A DNA stretch of 64,000 bases from the NCBI GenBank assembly GCA_020025595.1, contig JAHHRV010000007.1, positions 44,311-108,310 of the forward strand, read 5' to 3'. Shown here piece after piece: positions 35,851 to 44,216 of the stretch. The translations under genes and the position numbers were made by a program. Numbering within the stretch: the stretch's first letter is position 1; every line of letters begins with the position of its first letter. The notes under the pieces are model-generated. The model did not search any database. It had not been told where the DNA came from and worked only from the letters and a program-made list of their open reading frames with translations. This DNA comes from Oscillospiraceae bacterium. Its GTDB lineage: Bacteria; Bacillota; Clostridia; Oscillospirales; Oscillospiraceae.

Positions 35851-36677
35851 ATGTTGGCATCCTGGGTCTGGGACTCATCGGAGGAAGCATGGCAAGAGCC
35901 TACGCTAAGGCCGGGCACACCGTATATGCCTGTGAAAAGGACGAAGATATGCTGGCCTTTGCCCAGCTGGCAGGCGTGGTCACAGACCGACTGGACGAAA
36001 CCTCCATCGGTCAGTGCCAGCTGATTCTGCTTTCCATTTATCCTGCCGGATGCATTGAATGGCTGGAAAAGAATGCCCACCTGATCAGCAAGGATACTCT
36101 CGTAATGGACTGCTGCGGCATCAAGCAGCTGATTGCAGAACACTGCTTCCCCATTGCAGAAAGCTGCGGCTTCACATTTGTTGGCGGTCACCCCATGGCT
36201 GGCAATCATCATTCTGGCTTTAAGTACAGCCGCTCCAATCTGTTCCAGGGCGCTCCCATGGTGCTGGTTCCCCCTCAGTTTGACGATATGGAACTGCTGG
36301 AACGAGTGAAAACAGCCCTTGCCCCCTGCAGCTTTGGTTCGTTCTCTGTAACCACCGCAGCTGAGCACGACCGGATGATTGCATTCACTTCCCAGATGCC
36401 CCACATTCTGAGCAACGCTTTCATCAAATCTCCAACTGCATTGGACCACAAGGGTTTTTCCGCCGGCAGCTACAGGGATCTGACCCGGGTCGCCTGGCTG
36501 AATCCCCAGATGTGGGCAGAACTGTTTCTGGAAAACCGGGAATTTATTCTACAGGAATTGAACACTTATCTGGATTCTCTGGAGCAATACCGGGATGCGG
36601 TTGCTCATAACGATATGGATACCCTTGTCAGCCTTTTGGATGAGGGTAAACAAGCCAAGGAGGAAGTAGACGGATGA
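35847..36677 (+). CDS. tyrA: Prephenate dehydrogenase
   Basis: It has the N-terminal Rossmann motif VGILGLGLIGGSMA and GGHPMAG. It overlaps aroF by 4 bp. Confidence 0.88.
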   Translation: MNVGILGLGLIGGSMARAYAKAGHTVYACEKDEDMLAFAQLAGVVTDRLDETSIGQCQLILLSIYPAGCIEWLEKNAHLISKDTLVMDCCGIKQLIAEHCFPIAESCGFTFVGGHPMAGNHHSGFKYSRSNLFQGAPMVLVPPQFDDMELLERVKTALAPCSFGSFSVTTAAEHDRMIAFTSQMPHILSNAFIKSPTALDHKGFSAGSYRDLTRVAWLNPQMWAELFLENREFILQELNTYLDSLEQYRDAVAHNDMDTLVSLLDEGKQAKEEVDG

Positions 36678-37726
36678 CTACAATTGAAGTAAATGCCTCC
36701 AAATCTTATCAGGTGCAAATCGGATATGATATTCTGAGCACGCTGGGTCAGCAGATTGCCGCTCTTGGCAAGGCTTCCAAGGTTTGTCTGGTCAGCGAGA
36801 GCACCGTATGGCCCCTGTATGGCAGCGCTGCTGAGTGCAGTCTGCAAGCAGCAGGTTTTGATACCTGTCACTTCGTATTTCCCGCCGGCGAGCAAAGCAA
36901 AAACGGTCAGATTTTTCTTGAAATCCTCAATTTTCTGGCTGAGAACAAATTGACCAGAACGGATGTGGTCGTCGCTCTGGGCGGCGGTGTTGTCGGAGAT
37001 CTGGCTGGATTCTGCGCAGCAAGCTATCTGCGCGGTGTCCGGTTTGTGCAGGTACCCACCACCCTGCTGGCTGCCGTTGATTCCAGTGTAGGTGGAAAAA
37101 CCGCCATTGACCTTCCTTCCGGAAAGAATCTGGCAGGCGCATTCTGCCAGCCCAGCCTGGTGCTGTGCGACCTGAAGTGTCTGGAAACACTTCCTCAGGA
37201 TATCTTTCTGGACGGCTGCGCAGAAATTATTAAAACAGCCATTTTGTTTGACCCGGAGATGTTTGAAGAGCTCGCCAAATACGGACCCGAATTTGATCGC
37301 GAGCACATCATCGCCCGGTGTGTCGCCCACAAGCGTGACATTGTAAACGCTGACGAATTTGAGCACGGAGAACGCCAGAAGCTGAATCTGGGACACACCA
37401 TCGGTCACGGAGTGGAAGCCATGAGTGGTTTTACCCTCTCCCACGGAAAATCCGTTGCCATCGGCACTGCCATTGTGGCACGCTCTTCTGCCAAGCTGGG
37501 ACTGTGCTCAGCTGAAACCAGCGAAAAATGCCAGCATCTGCTGACAAGGTTCCACCTTCCCATTCACACGGACTTTTCCGCATCCGACCTTTGCCAAATG
37601 GCGCTTTCTGATAAGAAGCGTTCCGGTGAAACCGTAAATCTGATTATCCCCCGAAAAATCGGCGAATGTTTCATTCGCCCCACCCCCGTAGACGAAATCG
37701 AATCCTTTATTCAGGCAGGTCTTTGA
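36674..37726 (+). CDS. aroB: 3-dehydroquinate synthase
   Basis: The motifs are GGGVVGDLAGFCAA, PTTLLAAVDSSVGGKTAI and NLGHTIGH. It overlaps tyrA by 4 bp. Confidence 0.93.
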   Translation: MTTIEVNASKSYQVQIGYDILSTLGQQIAALGKASKVCLVSESTVWPLYGSAAECSLQAAGFDTCHFVFPAGEQSKNGQIFLEILNFLAENKLTRTDVVVALGGGVVGDLAGFCAASYLRGVRFVQVPTTLLAAVDSSVGGKTAIDLPSGKNLAGAFCQPSLVLCDLKCLETLPQDIFLDGCAEIIKTAILFDPEMFEELAKYGPEFDREHIIARCVAHKRDIVNADEFEHGERQKLNLGHTIGHGVEAMSGFTLSHGKSVAIGTAIVARSSAKLGLCSAETSEKCQHLLTRFHLPIHTDFSASDLCQMALSDKKRSGETVNLIIPRKIGECFIRPTPVDEIESFIQAGL

Positions 37727-37727
37727 T

Positions 37728-38918
37728 ATGGATATTACCATTCATCCCCGAAAATTAAAAGGAACCATCAAAGCGATCCCCTCAAAATCCCAGGCCCACC
37801 GGCTGCTGCTGTGTGCCGCCTTTGCAGATGGCCCCACCACCCTCCTGTGTCCCCAGACCAATCGGGATATTCAGGCAACGGCAGAGTGTCTGCAGGCGCT
37901 GGGCGCCGGGATCATTCGCACGGATGATTCCTACCGCATCACCCCCATTCAGGCGCTGCCTGAGCAAGCAACCCTCAACTGCTGCGAAAGCGGCTCTACA
38001 CTGCGTTTTCTGCTGCCAATCGTGGGCGCACTGGGTGTAGATGCCACCTTTACTATGGAAGGCCGGTTGCCTCAGCGCCCCCTTTCTCCCCTCTGGGAGG
38101 AAATGGAGCGGATGGGCTGCCGCCTCACGAGACCCACAGGTGATACCATTCGCTGCCAGGGAAAATTACAGCCGGGAAGCTACTGCATCGACGGCAGCGT
38201 TTCCAGCCAGTTTGTCACGGGGCTTCTGTTTGCGCTGTCTCTGATAGACGGAAACAGCCGACTGCAGCTCACCGGCAAGGTCGAATCCCTGCCCTACATT
38301 GAAATGACCCTCAGGGCTCTTTCCATGTTTGGTGTGGATGCCCGGCAGCAGGATGGGTGCTATCATCTGGCCCAGGCCCGCTTCTCCACCCCCGGCACCA
38401 TTGAGGTGGAGGGTGACTGGAGCAATGGCGCTTTCTGGTTGGCTGCCAGCGCACTGGGGTCTGAACTGGTCGTGTCGGGGCTGAATGAAAATTCCCCTCA
38501 GGGCGACCGGGCTGTCACCCACTGGCTGTCCGAGCTGACCGCTCCCTGCACCATCGATGCATCCGACATTCCGGATCTTGTTCCCATTCTTGCAGTAGTC
38601 GCAGGTGCCAAGCAAGGTGCTACCTTCATCAACGCCCAGCGGCTGCGAATCAAGGAATCCGACCGACTGCAGACCGTGGCAGACCTGATCAACGGTATCG
38701 GCGGAAAGGCCGCCGTCACAGCGGATGGTCTTGCGGTGCAGGGCGGCGAATATATTGGTGGCACCGTCAATGCCGCAGGCGATCACCGCATTGCCATGGC
38801 TGCTGCCATTGCAGCAACCGTATGCACCCAGCCGCTCACCATTGTGGGCGCTGAAGCTGTGTGCAAATCCTATCCTGCATTCTGGGCAGATTATGTAACT
38901 TTAGGAGGGGTTGTATGA
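37728..38918 (+). CDS. aroA: 3-phosphoshikimate 1-carboxyvinyltransferase (EPSP synthase)
   Basis: The motifs are IPSKSQAHR, ...CESGSTLRF... and DHRIAMA. Confidence 0.93.
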   Translation: MDITIHPRKLKGTIKAIPSKSQAHRLLLCAAFADGPTTLLCPQTNRDIQATAECLQALGAGIIRTDDSYRITPIQALPEQATLNCCESGSTLRFLLPIVGALGVDATFTMEGRLPQRPLSPLWEEMERMGCRLTRPTGDTIRCQGKLQPGSYCIDGSVSSQFVTGLLFALSLIDGNSRLQLTGKVESLPYIEMTLRALSMFGVDARQQDGCYHLAQARFSTPGTIEVEGDWSNGAFWLAASALGSELVVSGLNENSPQGDRAVTHWLSELTAPCTIDASDIPDLVPILAVVAGAKQGATFINAQRLRIKESDRLQTVADLINGIGGKAAVTADGLAVQGGEYIGGTVNAAGDHRIAMAAAIAATVCTQPLTIVGAEAVCKSYPAFWADYVTLGGVV

Positions 38919-39997
38919 GCTCTACCTACGGACAAATGATCAAATTATCCATCTTCGGTCAGTCCCATGGCGCTGCCATCGGCATGACTTTAGACGGTGT
39001 TCCCGCCGGACTGAAGGTCGATTTTGAAGAGCTTCAGGCTTTTCTGAATCGCCGTGCTCCCGGTCAGAACGATTTTTCCACCCCGCGGAAAGAGGCTGAC
39101 GCTCCCGAGTTTCTGTCCGGTCTCCTGGATGGATACACCTGCGGCTCACCTATTGCCGCAATCATCAAAAACACCAACACCCGCTCCGCGGACTATCGGA
39201 ATCTGATGGACTGCCCCAGACCCGGTCACGCTGACTACACCGCTCAGGTAAAATACGGCGGCTATCAGGATGTCTCCGGCGGCGGTCACTTCTCCGGACG
39301 GCTGACAGCGCCCCTTTGCATTGCCGGTGGCCTGTGCAAGCAGTGGCTTGCAGCCCAGGGCATTCAAATCGGTGCCCACATCGCAAAGATTGCAGGCATC
39401 TCCGACACCCCCTTTTCCCCTGTTTCCCCTCAATTAGAGCAGATTGGTACAGATTTTCCCGTTCTTTCAAAGGAATCAGGAGAAATCATGCGCCAGATGA
39501 TTCAAAATGCCAAGGCAGACTGCGACAGCGTCGGCGGCATTGTAGAATGTGCGGTCACAGGGCTTCCTGCCGGGCTGGGGGAACCCATGTTCGGCGGCAT
39601 GGAGGGCAGAATTGCCCAGATCATCTATGGAATTCCCGCCGTGAAGGGCGTGGAATTCGGCGCAGGCTTCGGTGTTGCCGAGCTTCGCGGCAGTGAAAAT
39701 AATGACCCCTACATTATAGAAGACGGCGCTGTCAAAACGCTGACCAATCATGCCGGCGGTATTCTGGGCGGCATCACCAGCGGTATGCCCCTGATTCTGC
39801 GGGCTGCATTCAAGCCCACGCCGTCCATCAGCAAACCCCAGCAAAGCGTTTCCCTGGAACACATGTCACGGGAAGAACTTATTGTAAAAGGACGCCATGA
39901 CCCCTGCATCGTCCCAAGAGCTGTCCCCGTGGTGGAGGCTGCTGTAGCGATTGCAGTTTACGACGCATATCTGGAATGGAAAGCAAGAAAATCATAG
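38915..39997 (+). CDS. aroC: Chorismate synthase
   Basis: The motifs are FGQSHG, RPGHADY and GRHDPC. The start ATG at 38915 overlaps the aroA stop as ATGA. The track's longer N-terminus is rejected. Confidence 0.93.
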   Translation: MSSTYGQMIKLSIFGQSHGAAIGMTLDGVPAGLKVDFEELQAFLNRRAPGQNDFSTPRKEADAPEFLSGLLDGYTCGSPIAAIIKNTNTRSADYRNLMDCPRPGHADYTAQVKYGGYQDVSGGGHFSGRLTAPLCIAGGLCKQWLAAQGIQIGAHIAKIAGISDTPFSPVSPQLEQIGTDFPVLSKESGEIMRQMIQNAKADCDSVGGIVECAVTGLPAGLGEPMFGGMEGRIAQIIYGIPAVKGVEFGAGFGVAELRGSENNDPYIIEDGAVKTLTNHAGGILGGITSGMPLILRAAFKPTPSISKPQQSVSLEHMSREELIVKGRHDPCIVPRAVPVVEAAVAIAVYDAYLEWKARKS

Positions 39998-40010
39998 GGA
40001 GGAAAGCAAA

Positions 40011-41153
40011 ATGGATTTGAACGAATTGCGCAATCAGATTGACAATATTGATGATGAACTGGTAAAGCTGTTCTGCCGGCGCATGGAAGTAGCCGGAGAG
40101 ATTGCGGACTATAAAAAGGAACACAATATGCCCGTGTTTGTCCCCGGCCGTGAACGGGAAAAGCTGCTGGATGTGGCAGAAAAAGCCGGCCCCGATATGG
40201 CAAACTACACCCGTGTCCTTTATTCCATGCTTTTTGAGCTCAGCCGCAGCCACCAAAGCAAAATGAATCACAAGGACACCGACCTGTATCGTCAGATCGT
40301 CCGGGCAATTGACACTACCCCCAAGCTGTTCCCTCAGGCTCCCACCGTGGCCTGTCAGGGCGTTGAGGGCGCTTATGCACAGATTGCCTGTGAAAAGATG
40401 TTCAAAGCTCCCTTTATTATGTATTTCAAAAACTTCGAGAGCATTTTCTCCGCCATTGAAAACGGTCTTTGCCAGTATGGCATTCTGCCGCTGGAGAACT
40501 CTACCGCCGGCTCTGTCAAAAAAGTCTATGACCTGATGATTCGCCATAATTTCTCCATTGTCCGCACCTTCCGTCTGAAAATCGACCACAATTTGCTGGC
40601 CAATCATGGCACCAAGCTTTCGGATATCAGAGAAATCTACTCCCACGAGCAGGCTATCAGCCAGTGCGCAGAATTTCTGGGAACGCTGCCCAATGTGAAG
40701 GTCATTGCTGTGGAAAACACTGCCGTTGCCGCAAAAATGGTGGCAGCTTCCGGTCGATCCGATGTGGCCGCTCTGTCCAGCAGAAACTGCGCAGAGCTGT
40801 ATAATCTGGAAATTCTGGCATCCTCCATTCAGGATAAGGGTAACAACCGTACCCGGTTCATCTGCATTTCCAAGAATCTGGAAATCTATCCCGGTGCTGA
40901 CAGGACCAGCATCATGATGGTTCTGCCCCACCGCCCCGGCTCTTTGTACCGGGTGCTGGCCCGGCTTTACGCACTGGGCATCAATGTGACCAAGCTGGAG
41001 TCCCGCCCCATCCCCGACCGGGATTTTGAGTTCATGTTCTATTTCGATCTGGAAACCTCCATTTATTCCGACGAATTTGTACAGCTCATGTGTGAACTGG
41101 ACGATCTTTCCGAAGAATTCAAGTATCTGGGCAGCTACAGCGAGGTGGTTTGA
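40011..41153 (+). CDS. pheA: Bifunctional chorismate mutase / prephenate dehydratase (P-protein) with a C-terminal ACT domain
   Basis: The CM_2 N-terminus reads LRNQIDNIDDELVKLFCRRMEV. PDT motifs include LENSTAGSV and TRF. The start at 40011 follows the RBS agggagg. Confidence 0.9.
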   Translation: MDLNELRNQIDNIDDELVKLFCRRMEVAGEIADYKKEHNMPVFVPGREREKLLDVAEKAGPDMANYTRVLYSMLFELSRSHQSKMNHKDTDLYRQIVRAIDTTPKLFPQAPTVACQGVEGAYAQIACEKMFKAPFIMYFKNFESIFSAIENGLCQYGILPLENSTAGSVKKVYDLMIRHNFSIVRTFRLKIDHNLLANHGTKLSDIREIYSHEQAISQCAEFLGTLPNVKVIAVENTAVAAKMVAASGRSDVAALSSRNCAELYNLEILASSIQDKGNNRTRFICISKNLEIYPGADRTSIMMVLPHRPGSLYRVLARLYALGINVTKLESRPIPDRDFEFMFYFDLETSIYSDEFVQLMCELDDLSEEFKYLGSYSEVV

Positions 41154-42379
41154 TGAAATTCGGCCTTCTGGGCAGAAAGCTGGGACACAGCTATTCTCCC
41201 CAAATTCACGAACTCATCGGCAAGTATTCCTACGGCCTGTACGAGCGGGAACCGGATCAGGTGGAAGCGCTGCTGCGTCAGCCGGATATCGCTGGTCTGA
41301 ATGTGACCATGCCCTATAAAAAGGATGTGCTTGCATACCTGGACAGCGTAGATGAATTGGCAGCTCGTCTGGGCAGTGTCAACACCATTGTCCGCAGACC
41401 GGACGGAACGCTGGAGGGTCACAACACCGACTACTACGGTTTTCAGTCCATGGTAACACGCAGCGGACTGTCCGTTGCAGGGAAAAAGGTTCTGGTGCTT
41501 GGAACCGGCGGAGCCTCTGTCACCGCAGTTGCCGTGATGGAGGATCTGGGCGCAGATGTCGTTACTATTTCCAGAACCGGCGAAAACAACTATCAGAATC
41601 TTGACCGCCACGCAGATGCCCGCGTTATCGTTAATACTACTCCTGTGGGTATGTATCCCAATACCGGAATTGCACCCCTGGATATCGGGCTGTTCCCGAA
41701 TCTGGAGGGAGTCCTGGATGTGGTCTACAATCCTGCCAGAACCCAACTGCTTCTGGACTGCGAGAAGCGGAACATTCTGGCCTGCAACGGTCTGTGGATG
41801 CTGGTGGCTCAGGCCAAACGGGCCGCAGAATTTTTCACAGGTACTCCCCTGCCCGATCAGATCATCCACGACATCTACCAAAAACTGCACAGCCAGATGG
41901 AAAACATTGTGCTGATCGGCATGGCAGGCTGTGGAAAAACTACCATCGGCAAAATTCTTGCTGAAAAGTGCGGAAAAACATTTGTGGATGCGGACGAGGA
42001 ACTTGAAAAACGGGCAGGAAAATCAATTCCTGAAATCTTTGCACAAGACGGTGAAGAAATTTTTCGTAATCTGGAAACCCAGGTGCTGTCCGATTTGGGC
42101 AAGCAGTCCGGGCTGGTGATTGCCACCGGCGGCGGATGTGTCACGAAAGAACGGAATTACCCTCTGCTCCATCAAAACGGCACCATTGTCTGGATCCAGC
42201 GGGATGTGAATGCACTTCCCACCGACGGACGCCCTCTGTCGCAGCGCACCGATCCTGCAATTCTGTACGAACACAGAATGCCCATGTACGACGCATTTTC
42301 CGACAAAGTGGTCATCAATGACGGGACGGGTGAAGAAGCTGCCAAAAAAATTCTTTCCCTTCTGGAGGAAGCAAAATGA
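41150..42379 (+). CDS. aroE/aroK: Shikimate dehydrogenase - shikimate kinase fusion protein
   Basis: The N-terminal SDH part includes GHSYSPQIHE, NVTMPYK and GTGGAS. The C-terminal kinase part includes the P-loop IGMAGCGKTT and FR..E. It overlaps pheA by 4 bp. Confidence 0.88.
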   Translation: MMKFGLLGRKLGHSYSPQIHELIGKYSYGLYEREPDQVEALLRQPDIAGLNVTMPYKKDVLAYLDSVDELAARLGSVNTIVRRPDGTLEGHNTDYYGFQSMVTRSGLSVAGKKVLVLGTGGASVTAVAVMEDLGADVVTISRTGENNYQNLDRHADARVIVNTTPVGMYPNTGIAPLDIGLFPNLEGVLDVVYNPARTQLLLDCEKRNILACNGLWMLVAQAKRAAEFFTGTPLPDQIIHDIYQKLHSQMENIVLIGMAGCGKTTIGKILAEKCGKTFVDADEELEKRAGKSIPEIFAQDGEEIFRNLETQVLSDLGKQSGLVIATGGGCVTKERNYPLLHQNGTIVWIQRDVNALPTDGRPLSQRTDPAILYEHRMPMYDAFSDKVVINDGTGEEAAKKILSLLEEAK

Positions 42380-42813
42380 AAATTCTGGTTATTAACGGCC
42401 CCAATATCAATATGCTGGGCATTCGGGAGCCGGGTGTCTACGGAAGTCAGAGCTTTGCCCAGCTGCAGCGGCTTTTGAACGAGTGGGCTCAGGAGCTGGG
42501 AATCGAAATCGAGCAGTTCCAGTCCAATCACGAAGGCTCTATCGTGGATAAGATCCAGGCCGCCTACGGAAATTTTGACGGAATCGTCATCAATCCTGCG
42601 GCCTACACCCACACTTCCATCGCCATTCTGGATGCGCTGAAGGCAGTTGCGCTCCCCGCTGTGGAGGTGCACATCTCCGATGTTTCCGCCCGGGAGGACT
42701 TCCGCCAGATCTCCTATGCAGGCATGGCCTGCATTCACACCTTTATGGGATTGGGTTTGGAAGGCTATCACCAGGCCATGATTTATCTAAAAAATCACCT
42801 TGAAAGCCGATAA
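42376..42813 (+). CDS. aroQ: Type II 3-dehydroquinate dehydratase
   Basis: The motifs are ILVINGPNINMLGIREP..YG, SNHEG and NPAAYTHTSIA. It overlaps the upstream gene by 4 bp. Confidence 0.95.
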   Translation: MKILVINGPNINMLGIREPGVYGSQSFAQLQRLLNEWAQELGIEIEQFQSNHEGSIVDKIQAAYGNFDGIVINPAAYTHTSIAILDALKAVALPAVEVHISDVSAREDFRQISYAGMACIHTFMGLGLEGYHQAMIYLKNHLESR

Positions 42814-42819
42814 TCCCCC

Positions 42820-42848
42820 TTGCAGTTTTTATTTTCCTGTGATAAAAT
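42820..42848 (+). promoter_or_regulatory. Sigma-A promoter of the pheST leader
   Basis: TTGCAG (42820-25), a 17-nt spacer and TAAAAT (42843-48). Confidence 0.65.
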
Positions 42849-42867
42849 GTCCTATATATTGAAAAAG

Positions 42868-43125
42868 CAAAGAATGGGCTGTCCATTTATCACAGAGCGT
42901 TTTCAGAGAGAGCGGGATGGTGCGATCCGCTCAGCGTAGGTATTTGGGCTTTCTCCCAGGAGCTGCCGCCTGAACAAAAAGTAGGGTGCGCCGGTGTGGC
43001 CTCCGTTATGGGTCGGAGATGTGTCTGCATCTTGCTAAGTGCGCATTTATGCGAATTGCGGGTGGTACCGCGGAAGATTTTCCGGTCTTTCGTCCCCTTT
43101 ATCAGGGACGAAAGACCGTTTTTTC
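42868..43125 (+). promoter_or_regulatory. T-box riboswitch leader, Phe-specific by context, including its terminator at 43084-43125
   Basis: The stem I elements are AGAGAG, with GGTGCGA in the distal loop. The conserved T-box sequence aattgcgggtggtaccgcgg lies at 43054-73. Candidate Phe specifier codons UUU/UUC lie at 42950-53. The terminator has a 13-bp stem, ggtctttcgtccc with gggacgaaagacc, followed by tttttt. Confidence 0.88.
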
Positions 43126-43160
43126 TTTGTATTTACTACTTTCTTAAAGGAGAGAATTCC

Positions 43161-44204
43161 ATGAAACAGCAATTGGAAGAAATCAAGCTCAGAGCGCTGA
43201 CCGCTCTGGACCAGGCTGCAAATCCTGCAGCTCTGGAGGAGCTGCGTGTCAAGCTGCTGGGTAAAAAGGGCGAACTGACCGCCGTCCTGAAGCAGATGGG
43301 CAAGCTCAGCGCCGAAGAGCGTCCCGTTATGGGTCAGCTGGCAAATGCCGTCCGTGCTGAAATCGAAAAGAAACTGGAAGAGCGCAAGACCGAGCTGCAC
43401 GCAGCTGCTCTGGAAGCGAAGCTCGCCAGTGAGAGCCTGGATGTGACCATCCCCGGCGACGAGGTGGTTATGGGCCATCAGCATCCCATGAACATGGTCC
43501 TGCAGGAGATCAAGGATATCTTCGTTGGCATGGGCTATCAGGTAGTTGACGGTCCCGAAGTGGAGCTGGCCAGCTACAACTTCACCCGTCTGAACATCGA
43601 AGAGGGTCACCCCTCCCGCGACCGTTCCGACACCTTCTATTTTAATGACGATGACTCTGTCCTGCTGCGTACCCAGACCAGCCCCATGCAGATCCGTGCA
43701 ATGGAAATTTCCGAGCCTCCCATCTGCATTCTGGCTCCCGGCCGCGTGTTCCGTAAGGACGAGGCTGACGCAACCCACTCCCCCATGTTCCACCAGATCG
43801 AAGGTCTGGTCGTTGCTGAGGACATCACCATGGGCGATCTGAAGGGCGCACTGGTCACTCTGATGAAGCGCATCTATGGTCAGGATCTGCAGATGCGGTT
43901 CCGTCCCCACCACTTCCCCTTCACCGAGCCCAGCTGCGAAATGGATATGCAGTGCCACAAGTGCCACGGCACCGGCGAGGTTGACGGTCAGGTGTGCTCC
44001 ACCTGCCACGGCGAAGGCTGGATCGAGCTGCTGGGTGCCGGTATGGTTCACCCCAATGTGCTTGCCAACTGCGGTATCGACCCTGAAAAGTACTCCGGCT
44101 TTGCATTCGGCATGGGTCTGGAGCGTATGGCTATGGGCCGTCTTCGCATCAACGACCTGCGTCTGATTTTCGATAACGACGTACGGTTCCTGAATCAGTT
44201 CTAA
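43161..44204 (+). CDS. pheS: Phenylalanine--tRNA ligase alpha subunit
   Basis: It is typical of PheS: FRPHHFPFTEPS and GAGMVHP. The start at 43161 follows the RBS aaaggagag. The track ORF start at 42996 runs through the T-box and is rejected. Confidence 0.95.
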   Translation: MKQQLEEIKLRALTALDQAANPAALEELRVKLLGKKGELTAVLKQMGKLSAEERPVMGQLANAVRAEIEKKLEERKTELHAAALEAKLASESLDVTIPGDEVVMGHQHPMNMVLQEIKDIFVGMGYQVVDGPEVELASYNFTRLNIEEGHPSRDRSDTFYFNDDDSVLLRTQTSPMQIRAMEISEPPICILAPGRVFRKDEADATHSPMFHQIEGLVVAEDITMGDLKGALVTLMKRIYGQDLQMRFRPHHFPFTEPSCEMDMQCHKCHGTGEVDGQVCSTCHGEGWIELLGAGMVHPNVLANCGIDPEKYSGFAFGMGLERMAMGRLRINDLRLIFDNDVRFLNQF

Positions 44205-44216
44205 GGAGGGATTACC

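Noticed and set aside
42996-43160. The N-terminal extension of pheS suggested by the ORF track (start 42996)
   Set aside because: The extension reads through the T-box antiterminator and terminator. The ATG at 43161 has a proper RBS and gives the canonical PheS N-terminus.
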